64,000 nucleotides of DNA from Balanoglossus misakiensis (taxonomy: Eukaryota; Animalia; Hemichordata), in contig CM082576.2 in assembly GCA_040954595.2 (NCBI GenBank), positions 3,942,760 through 4,006,759 on the forward strand, given 5' to 3'. Every line of letters starts with the position of its first letter. Positions within the stretch are counted from its first letter, which is position 1. The translations under genes and the position numbers were made by a program. The notes under the pieces were generated by a model, which saw nothing but the letters and a program-made list of their open reading frames with translations, was not told the origin of the DNA and searched no databases. Positions 25,901 to 35,857 of this stretch are shown one piece after another.

Positions 25901-28900
25901 CACAGAGGAGGACAATGACCACAAACTGAAAGAAGATCTTGCGATGGCGCATCCATCAGTAGAAGTTCAAATCCCACGAACAAGTGAAGTTGGTACCATG
26001 ACAGAGACACTTGGACAAAGTCACCAAGCCGAACAAGAACCACAAGTGGATCAGCTACCACATGTTGACATTACAGGTTTTGAGACCATAGTAGAGCAAC
26101 CAACAGAATTTGCTGCCGTAGAGCATGCAGTTCAAGTCATCAGTGACCATGTAGACAAGATTACTAAAGATGCACAAACAAGTACTGATGAAGCAGATTA
26201 TACTTCTTTCACTGAAGAGGATAAAACTTCTGAATGTCACAAAACTAGGGAAGAGCTGGCTAAACATGTTCATTTTAACGACGATGCAACTGTTATTGCT
26301 GAAATTGAAGAAGATGTACTTGAAGAAGTGGGTACCAGTTTACATCTGCCTGAAATTCCTGAAGTTGAAGAGCTAGATAGAGAAGAACCTGAACTGGCTG
26401 ACATCGCAAGTGCAAGAGCATTAGCTGCAGCAGATTCAGCTCATAAACCACGTCAATCAATGTCCAATGTTGAATCTATGCTGGAGGATGATCAAGCCCA
26501 GGCAGAAGCATTGCCGACTGGAAGACCAGAAGAGCCAGAGAACAGGAAACATCAACCTGGATTTGCAGTCCATCATTTTGTGCCATCTTCTAAATCAAGT
26601 ATTGAGAGTACTGCATTTGTGGATTCAGACTATGTCACTGAAGAAGAACATATCGATGCGTCCAATAAAGAGACTGATACAGAAACAGATGCCGATGATG
26701 CAACACAGTACTTCATGTCTGATATAGAAGGTGGCAGGAGTGACCACGAAGCATTGAGTCCCAGACAAGCATGGGCAAGGGGATCTAACCAGGATGTTGT
26801 TGAGGACGAGCTGACAGCACTGTTGAGAAGTATGGCAAGAAGCCGGGAACAGACAGAGATGGTTACAAGAAGATCGAGAGAGGTTTTACCAGCTCAGCCA
26901 AGAGTTGAAAGAATTGATGTCCAACAACAAAACATTGATGAGTTGCTTGAAAGTATTTCGCGGAGGAGAAGAGAAACCGAAGCAGCATCCCAAAGAGCGA
27001 GGGATGTCGTCTCAAAATGGCGACAGAGTGCCGAGGAAGACATGCCAATAGCAGACGTTGAAGAACCATGTGAAGAAGACAGAGACACGCAAGAGTTACA
27101 CACTGTGGAAGAAGGAGAACCAACAGGAGAAGAAGTTGAGGAAGAAGTGATGGGCGCACAGATTTTATATCAGGTTCCAAGACTTGATGAACTGGCTGCC
27201 AAGAGAATAATGTACCAAAGGGGAAGGGGAAAGAGGCCAAGCAATACAGAGGTAACTGAAGAAAGAAGTCAGAGTCCATGGCAAACAGATGTTGTTGAAG
27301 CTGTCATCCCAGAAATTGAAATCACTGAATTTGCTGAGACATCTGTCACTGAGCCAGTTTTATCAGCAGAATCTCCTGCAGTACCCATGAATGAAGCATT
27401 CCAACAGTTCTTGGAGAATATACAGAAACATGGGGAGACACCATCTTCAGAACAACCAGCCATTGGTGAGATCAACGATGATGAAATCAAGGATAGGTGT
27501 TTGGATGATGAGAAAACTACAGATGACATACAGGATAGTAATGAAGTCAAACAATCTACAGAAAGAGGAATAAGACGAGAATACACCCTTCCTGCCTTCC
27601 AAGATATTAGCTTTGACCTAGATGATGAAGATGATGAAGATCTCAGGGCCCTAAAGGAGACACAGAGAAACATTGATAGTGTTATGGCTCAGATTTCTAT
27701 GGATGATGATGATCACTTTGAGGAACCAGATGATCTTGATACAACTCATCCAGAGCTGGTAGCCCTGATTGATGAAGTTGAACATGCTGAGGAAGATTTC
27801 ATTGGAGAAATACCAGAAAGTATCATGGCAAGTACCCCTCTTGAAGGTATTCATTCAGCTGTCACAACAGGAGACATTCCAGAAATTGTCCTTGACAATG
27901 ATGATCTTGATATAGAAGGATACAGACTACGACCTTTATCAATTTCTCCTGTGAAGATGGAAAGAGACGATATCCTTCAAGATGAGAATGAAGTTGAACC
28001 TGGATCTGAAGGTGATACTGAAGAAAGAACTGTGCCAAGTGACCAACACACAGGTATGATGGCCAGGGGAACCTCAACATCACCAGTACGCACTGATGAT
28101 CATGCTACTGATACCCACGATATGTTAAATCCTGACAGTGTTGCTGATCTGACTGACATTTTACGGCAAATGAAAGAAGAGTATGCCAAAGTGAGAGGTA
28201 TTCTTGAAAGATCTCCAAGTCCACCGAGAAGACCACGATACCAGTTACCTATTGATGACGCGGAGGATGCCAACATCAGCAAGGATTCTGATGTATCTGA
28301 ACTCAGCACAGAACCAGCCCCAATGGATGGAGAAGACGTAAGGTCAACTCGCACAAGCAGAATTGATGACATCCGTCGCAGGCCCATTTTGAGAACAGAG
28401 TATGACAGAGAGGAGCACATCATGAGAACAATTCTCCAAGCGCATAATGTATCCACTGAAGAGGAGAGATCGGGAAGTGAAAGTGCAGATTCATTTACAA
28501 TGGTGTACTTGAGAGAGGGTGAGCCCGTCCCAATTGCAGTTCGACAACACCGAGAACTGTACCGAATCAGTCCCCTTTCTCAGCCTGATGTCATTAGAAT
28601 GCAATCTCGCGACACCCAGACATCCGTACCAACAAGAGATTCATCATCTATAACTGATGACTATCTTTTGGAATCGATCAATAGAACTGAAACCGAGATT
28701 GATTCCTTCCAACATGCCTGCGATATGATGCTGCAGACCCTAAGTGCAGAGGAAGGATCAGGAGCAAGCTCCGATGCAAGATCCCCAATGAACACATCCA
28801 CTCAAACAGAAGGATCCTCTCGTGAAATGGTAGATGAAGAGGTTGAAACTGACATGAACTACCTGTCCTTGACACAGTTAGAAGCCATGGGTAGAGATAG

Positions 28901-31900
28901 AGAACTGCTTCGACAGTGGCTTGGGTTGAATTATGACAGAGCAGATTTGACAGTACAACTCATGGAGGCAAACCTCATGCACGGTATAGGAGAAACTGAT
29001 GCCTTACTCAGGGCACTTGAAGATGATTTCCCTACAACTGGTATGACCGACAGAACAAGGCAGAGAGTCCTGGCAACTCGCAGAGCAGAGATAGAAACGT
29101 TTCTAAATGAGAGACAGACAGTGCGAACTGAAACTAGAAGAGTTGTGAATGTCAAGACAGGGAGACACCAGAGTCGAACATCACGCCTGTCAAGATTACA
29201 TCAAGTACGGCCTACTCTAAATATGGACCAGCTATTGCGACCAAGTCACCCTGTTATCACAAGCAGGCCTGTTGGTGTTCCTTCAGATATAGACCTGTTG
29301 CTGTCCGAGTACAGAAGTACTCGAGATCTGTCGAGGATGGAAATAGCCAAGGCAAGAGCTACGTTGAAAGAACAAACAGAGAGTGAAAAGAAGAGAATGC
29401 AGGAAGAATTGCAGCGTTTGAGGAGAGTGGAACTGAAAAGGAAGGAGTTTGCTGAAAAAGCCAAGGAGGAGATTAGACGTGAAAGACAAAAGATGCTGAC
29501 CGAGAGATCATCAAGTTCTTCTCCAGCCAGACCAAGAATGTCCTCTCCATCACCATTTCTATCTTCCAGCAGAGGCCACAGTGCATCAGCTGGTAGGGCA
29601 GTTAGATCACAAACTCCCGATGGACTGTCATCTGGTGTTGGAGAAGCTGTCATTGATAGAAACCAAGAACAGTTCCTCACCCATTATCCCAGCTTTTTAG
29701 AAGGGTCAGAAACACCAACAGGTTCCAACCATCAAAGGAGCTTGTCATCAGAAAATCAAAGAATGACCCCAGCCTGGAGATCTACAGATAGACTTGAGGA
29801 AGACAGACAGCTAAGGTTTGGTGATGCCCCGCAAAAATGGAAATCCACAGGTACTCTGCACAGAACAAAGACAAAAACAGCGTCGCCAGACAGTGGACCT
29901 GCAGAGCTGAGAACGGGCATGGGTCGAGCAAGAAGTGTGTCTCCACAACGTAGAGGCGCAAGCAGCTATTCTTCACCAAGACCCGGATACACATTGTCAT
30001 CAAGGACCTCAACTCCAAGTGGATCAAGAAGTGCGTCACCAGAAAGGCCAGGCAGGTGGATTAACAAAGAGGGTAGAGCTTATGAACTATACAGCCCAAG
30101 GAACATATCTCCCGAAAGACCCACAACAGACAGTAGATCATCCCAAAATGGAATACAACCAATATTGGTAAGTTTAGTTACAATATATCTTTTTCTCTGT
30201 ATATTCTGGGAATTTTGGCAAAAGAGATTAAACAGTGAAACATTCCTGTTCCACAATAGCAGAATGGAAAAGGCACGATAAGATGTCTACATATCAAGTT
30301 GATTGGTACAATCTTACTAAATCTGCAGGATATTATTACAGCCCTCTGAGCTTACATTCACTTTGTTAATCCTTGTGAAATGTTGCTTTTCCAGGATGCC
30401 GTCGAGCACGAAATCCAGAACCTGAGGCAATCTTACAGTTCTCATCCTCCAACTGGATATGAAGATACCTCATCACAAAGCTTTGAGGAGCTCTACCGGG
30501 CAATGAACAGGAAAGAGAGAGAAAGAAAATCACTTCTCAGATATGGCAGCAATGAGAAACCTGTATCAACTGCATCCAGTGCAAGGCGTTACACCAGGGA
30601 CAGAAGTGTAAGCCCAGTTAGGAGACTGTCAAGTACAACAGCATCATCAGCATTCCACGAGGAGTCAGGTTCAGATGTTTCATCTAGAGTGTCCAGATCC
30701 CACACACCACCAGTGAATGTCAGCCATGGAGCTAGGTCAGGAACTCACTCAGCCTTTGAGAGATATTCAAGCCCGATTAGGACGGGACGTATAGTTGGGA
30801 CCTTTTCAACCGATGATAGTACAGACTCGGCTCGCTCACCACGAAGGAAAACATCCTCATCCTCAGATGCAACCACAGACAGTGCGGCCTTTGCCTTGAG
30901 AAGCAGAAGTCCACAACGTTCCGTCAGGTCTGTGGCACGGTCTCATCCCAAACCAGTGGAAGTGTCTTGTAGTTTTCCAAGAAGTCGTATACCTGAGCAT
31001 TCCAGGGAAGAGTTTCCAAGGGTTTCAGTATCAAGCGCTGCTGCAGACAGAGGATACAGGTAGGAAATAATCGTAGGCTTCTTTTCAACTGTCAAGTGAG
31101 GTAGTTCTTGTCCTGTGTTTAGCATTTACCACATGTAAACCCATCTTGTATTTTGCTTACAGTATATGTCAATGCCATACTTAATGTAATGTAGGGTGGT
31201 GTTTGATTAAATGTTTTCTGGAAAATAAATCTCATGTGGATTTTCATTCAACAGACTTGAGGCAACTTCAACAACATCCTCATCAGTGACAACTCGTAAA
31301 CACGAACATCCAGAAAGAGACACAATACCAGCACCAGTCACACATCCTCACAGACAGAGAAAAATAACTCCAACTGAGGCAACTGTCCAACAAAGAGAAG
31401 TACCTATATCCCTCTCTCGCCATGTCAGACAGAGAGACGGAGGTCCAAGTACAACTGAACATCGACCAGATGTAGGTGCATTCAGCATGGAAAGAGAGAC
31501 AGTACAATCTCCGGGCGATGCAGCCACCCATCGTCTCACGAGAACATCCAGAAGAATCAGCAGCTCTTCAGCAGACAGTGAGACAGCGACACCGATCAGA
31601 TACGACCCAAGACAACAGTTAACTCGTCAAACAGGTCAGTATCGGTTTGATATCATTTCATATGGCCCCTCAGGACTGTGTTGAAGATTGTTTGTGGTAG
31701 ATTCTGTTATTTTTCATTACAACTGTTAAAAATTCAAATAATTCTGATTTTTTCCCTCACCATTAGTTTCCAGAGACTATGTTCAGAGTGCAGAACAGGC
31801 AGCGGATTTTCTGCTGAATGAGGTAAGTGCTAATTTGCTTATTAAACATTCATTGTAGGCATGTTTTCATTAAGTGCTGCTTCATATACCAGTATGTACA

Positions 31901-34900
31901 CTATATGATACAATGAGTTCAATACATGTAAACTTCAAGGAGAACAGGGTGGTTCGTTTTAACGATTTCTGGCCTTTTGTTTATGTCAGTTTGTTAATGG
32001 CAAGATGATACTGTATTCATTTTACAGGTACTTCTGGCTTGTAGATTTGATCCAAGGCAGTCAAATCAACCTGTCCAAGCTGGTGGTTGGAGGTATGTTA
32101 CTTAAACCAAATGAACTTTGCAGAATCATGTTGTTTTCCTGTCTAGCATAAGTTAACTTGTCAGGTTAAATTATCATTGAATCTTACATGTACATCTCTT
32201 TCGAACAGTTTCCAGGGAGAAGAAAGAGAAGTTTTAATTTTACGTAAGGAACATGAAAACCGTCACGTTCACAGGTAAGTCAGGCAAGATTCCCAAGCAT
32301 CTTTTCCCCAAGCGTTGAAACACAATGTGAACTTTTCTATGATCCTGTATCACTTATTTGTCAATAAATGTGCTCAGTTGTGATATTTTGTGAAAAGATA
32401 CAGTACCATATTCATTTGACCAGTTCAACTAATGACATTCTTATGGTGATGTTGCAGTTTCATGGGAATTGGAATTGTGAAAGCTCCAGTTAAAGCTGTG
32501 TATGACGTCCTCAGGAATCCGTCCACAAGATATCTGTATGACAGAATGCTCAAGGTAAACTAGAACTTGGTGTGTTTGCCCTGATTTCTTTTGAAATGAA
32601 AGCATTTGTTGTTGTTGTTGTTGTTTTTTGTGGAAAATTTGCTGCAAGTCTGCTCACTTAATGTCGTTTTCATATTTGCATAATTCTCTCTGCAGAAAAT
32701 GACCATTGTTGAAAAGTTGTCGGACAATATTCAGATCGTGTACATGTTACATGAGACTGCCCACTGCTTCTTGAAACAGAGCAGAGATGTGTGTGTGGTC
32801 CAACAGAACTCAATCAAGGTATGTCCGTCTGCATTGTCCAATATTGATCAAGTGTGCTTCACAACGATGTAGTTCAGAGAATTTTATTGTGTTAAATACA
32901 CATGCCACTTCGGAGAATTTCTAGAGAATGACATGGCTTATTGTGATGCATTAGTCATTGAAATGAAATTTATGACCACTTCTGCCACAAATTTCTCTGA
33001 TCAACAATTACTGCGCTCGTTTAATTCCAATGTTGCCACAGAAAAGGAAATTACTTTAAGGTCATATGGAATATTCAACTGAAGATTTTCTACATGTATA
33101 ACATGTATATAACTTAAGTTTTACATGTCAATATTCACATAATTTAGATCATTTTTCATTACAATTTGTTCAGCTGAGTATTTTACTTCAGATAACACTT
33201 CCATTGTCTCGTCTTAATTTCTCTGTTGAATTGTTCTTGTTGCAGAATGACAAACACATTGTGGTCGCCACGTCTGTACATCATCCTAGATGCCCGACGA
33301 CAGAGGGCGCTATTCGAGCTGAGGTAAGAGACTCAAAGGTGGCGAACTGTTCACCTACACAACATGAAGCCATGCACTTGTGGCTATCATTTTCCAACAT
33401 TTATTTGACAGGGATTTCTACTCTGCGTACATCTTACAGAGTATTGCAGAATATCCCAATTTTTCTCGGATGGAGACCCAAAATAATGATTTATTTTACT
33501 AAAGAAAACCGAAACATTGAAACCAATTAAAATCTGACTGCTCTGATTGGCTTTGATGCCGAATTATCAAAAGGGTCAGTGCTGACTGGTGTACATCAGC
33601 AGTGATCCCAACTCTCCTGTTTTAAGCACCGTAATTATTGTGAAATGTCAAAGTGCTTCCATATAGAAATGATTGTCAGTGTGTGATTTCATTTTATTAG
33701 GACCTGTGTCAGAAATTACCCAGTATAAGTGTATGTGAATTTACTAATACGTCTGATTTGTCCTTCCCATTGTGCCAGGTGATCTGTGCAGGAGCCATCA
33801 TTGAGCCAATCACCATCGATGGCAGAGAATGCTCCAAGGTGTACTACCTCACACGGGTGAGTTCCGATTTATCCCTCGTGGCATGGCGTGGTCACTTCAG
33901 ACTCAAGCAGAGCCTTGTCCATCCCCTCAGCCGTTCAAGTGTTCTTCAAACCATTCCACGCCAAACACCTGCACATCACTCATTATGGATTTGCAGATTT
34001 CTCTATCAGCATAATCCTCATCACTGTCTCGGGCCAACATTGTGGAATTCAGAGACAGGGTTGTACCTCCCTGTGGTTTGACTTCCCGTTTTAGTGAAAA
34101 CTGCTTAAATGTCTACCACAGGAAACCATAAATACAACAAAACTCTCCAAATGGCTGAGCAGCTGTTGCTTTGGAATGCTGTACAGTAGGAGTCAATTAA
34201 AGCTTGTCCATGTATTGACCAGTTTAAAAATCAACAATCTTGGTGCCACTTGTTTTTAATCAAAAATCTTTTGCCTTCCGAAAATGTGGATATAACACTG
34301 ATGTTGACAACAGCTATGATATCAGGAGTGAAAGACTACTTTTTTGATATTATCGAAAAAAACAGCAGTTGTCTTTTTCAGTTCCCCATTAACAGCACAA
34401 CTGAACATGAAAATATCTGCAAAAATTGATATGAATTGTTTCAGTAGATTGGTATTCAAATGTATTAAAAGATACAAATCCCATGAAGTGTTCTTGGAGT
34501 TGCTGAAGTTGACCTATCCGACCTATGATCTATAACCCTTGCCCATAGAGATGACTCGACTATCCCAAAAGGATAGATTTGCCTGAAATAGATTTGGCTT
34601 CCTGCTTCCAGGCAGTCCCCTGTAATAAACCTGAGACAGCTGTACGTGTAAACAGGAAGCTATGATTCAACATTTCTGCTGTTTGTTGTAAATGTAGTCA
34701 CGACTAAGTTGTATGGACTAGTCTGTGGTATATGGTCTGTAGAAACAGATCATGGCAGCTTAACAGAAAGGGTAGTGATATCCGAAATCCAGTCGCTAAT
34801 TCCCTAATCAGAGCTGAATTTCAGTGCCACCATACTTTGGCCCAGTTCCATCTTTTGAAAGGTACAACCCCACAGTAACACACATTAAACAGACTGAATT

Positions 34901-35857
34901 GTAACGCATGGGTGATAGGTCATGGGCAGAAAACTTGGGCTAGATTTATCACAGGGACCAAAGCAAACAAGAAACTGTACAGACTGAATAAAAATAGAAA
35001 ACTGAGAGAAATTCGTCATTCTGAGTTGCCTTGAACTGAACATACAGTGTGATATCAAAATTTATGAGTTGTTAAAACAGCTGTATTAGGATCAGTGGCC
35101 CATGATGTTCAGCTCTCTGTTGCATCTTAGTGGTACCAGTTTCTACCAGCCGTTCCTCTAGGTCTAAGTCCAAAGATGATGATTTTGTCCGTAAAGTCCA
35201 AAAGCAATCAACTCTGACAAACAATGTTCACATGTGGTGTTCTTGCTAATATCATTAGCACTGCTTGTCATACGGACAGCAATGTGTTGTGTTTATTTGA
35301 CGGAATCGAGATAGCGCACAGTAACCGGAGATATCCATTAGCCGTGAAATTACCGCCAGGGATATAAATCACCATCATAAATTTCCACAGCTTACTTTCT
35401 CCCACAGGCAAGCAGAAAACACAAAAAACACCATGTTATTTATCAATATTAAGAGGCATTGGTCAAATGTCACAGGTCAAATGTAGTGAATATTTTCAGC
35501 GACACCTGTTCTTACTCAGTGATACTGAGCCATAATTTAATATTCACAAAAACAGTTCCACACAATCGGATTCAAATCAGATGTAGAGTTGGCTCTGCTG
35601 GTTCTTTGCTATTCTGTTCTCCCTACATCTGAACAGTGGTGTAGCTGTAAGATATGTAGGTGTAGGATGATACGATTTGATTATCATTATGAATACATGT
35701 ATGTAGCTCATCTCTAAATTTTCCAATATCTTTCTCATTTTTTTTGCAGGTTGATCTGCACGGTGAGTTGCCAATGAGACTTCTCAATCTCATCGCCAGG
35801 AGACAGCCCCTGTGCATTGCGTACATGAGAAGTTACATCGAATTTAGCAGTCAGTGA
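1..35857 (+). CDS. STARD9: STARD9 (KIF16A)-like giant protein, 3' part (12 exons in window; any kinesin motor/FHA exons would lie upstream)
   Basis: Spliced model join(<1-1956,2226-30167,30395-31059,31255-31634,31767-31822,32028-32092,32209-32274,32458-32554,32696-32818,33246-33323,33779-33856,35750-35857). All introns are GT-AG with matching phases, giving about 10,537 aa. The C-terminal START domain aligns by eye with vertebrate STARD9 (GWSFQGEE, FMGIGIV, VYMLHETAHCFLKQSRDVC, IIEPITIDGRECSKVYYLTRVDL, RRQPLCIA). STARD9-type motifs EANLMHGIGETDALL (28965-29009) and EYR..RMEIAKARATLKEQTESEK (about 29307-29390) are also present. Confidence 0.88.
2226..30167 (+). CDS. STARD9: STARD9-like giant coding exon, 27,942 bp (9,314 codons), acidic and low-complexity
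   Basis: Stop-free ORF 2196-30281. Acceptor ccttttcag|CTG at 2225/2226 and donor TTG|GTAAGT at 30167/30168, both phase 0. Confidence 0.88.
10860..16610 (+). repeat. Coding tandem repeat array in the giant exon: 126-bp (42-aa) A units interspersed with 11 B units of about 44-49 aa
   Basis: A = DDTMVTEKAEPEKPSEETAYESKQDEEMTEES(T/P)SPVVMAAST, period 126 bp (e.g. 11701 vs 11827). B = DDLLAQAADMEEQPDEAGVADEKGEQDK..TSESTSPEV..AST. About 44 units in total. Confidence 0.95.
21741..23612 (+). repeat. Coding tandem duplication, 2 x 939 bp (313 aa)
   Basis: DKSIPAIQ...DGEKPLP begins at 21741 and again at 22680, with high identity. Confidence 0.95.
30395..31059 (+). CDS. STARD9: STARD9-like exon, Ser/Arg-rich
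   Basis: Acceptor ttttccag|GAT (phase 0); donor AG|GTAGGA (phase 2). Confidence 0.8.
31255..31634 (+). CDS. STARD9: STARD9-like exon, Ser/Thr/Arg-rich linker
   Basis: Acceptor ttcaacag|A (phase 2); donor G|GTCAGT (phase 1); open frame. Confidence 0.75.
31767..31822 (+). CDS. STARD9: START domain exon (VSRDYVQSAEQAADFLLNE)
   Basis: Acceptor cattag|TT (phase 1); donor GAG|GTAAGT. Confidence 0.75.
32028..32092 (+). CDS. STARD9: START domain exon (VLLACRFDPRQSNQPVQAGGW)
   Basis: Acceptor tttacag|GTA; donor AG|GTATGT; contains the conserved START GW. Confidence 0.8.
32209..32274 (+). CDS. STARD9: START domain exon (FQGEEREVLILRKEHENRHVH)
   Basis: Acceptor gaacag|T; donor AG|GTAAGT; phase 2/2. 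Confidence 0.82.
32458..32554 (+). CDS. STARD9: START domain exon (FMGIGIVKAPVKAVYDVLRNPSTRYLYDRMLK)
   Basis: Acceptor ttgcag|T; donor AAG|GTAAAC. Confidence 0.85.
32696..32818 (+). CDS. STARD9: START domain exon (KMTIVEKLSDNIQIVYMLHETAHCFLKQSRDVCVVQQNSIK)
   Basis: Acceptor ctctgcag|AAA; donor AAG|GTATGT; contains the START RD motif. Confidence 0.87.
33246..33323 (+). CDS. STARD9: START domain exon (NDKHIVVATSVHHPRCPTTEGAIRAE)
   Basis: Acceptor ttgcag|AAT; donor GAG|GTAAGA; START SV.H..CP....IRA motif. Confidence 0.87.
33779..33856 (+). CDS. STARD9: START domain exon (VICAGAIIEPITIDGRECSKVYYLTR)
   Basis: Acceptor gccag|GTG; donor CGG|GTGAGT. Confidence 0.87.
35750..35857 (+). CDS. STARD9: Terminal START exon (VDLHGELPMRLLNLIARRQPLCIAYMRSYIEFSSQ*)
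   Basis: Strong acceptor tttttttgcag|GTT; START C-terminal helix; TGA at 35855-35857. Confidence 0.87.
   Translation, partial: VDLHGELPMRLLNLIARRQPLCIAYMRSYIEFSSQ

Noticed and set aside
2196-30281. Stand-alone 9,361-aa titin/mucin/ankyrin-like gene as given by the ORF track
   Set aside because: The ORF ends are intronic read-through, including the apparent hydrophobic C-terminal tail. Splice phases link it to the START exons, and no Ig, Fn3 or ankyrin domains are visible.
34595-34665. Intronic inverted repeat (GGCTTCCTG...CAGGAAGCT), possible snoRNA/miRNA
   Set aside because: Only a stem of about 10 bp, with no convincing C/D or H/ACA box arrangement. It cannot be supported without a covariance search.
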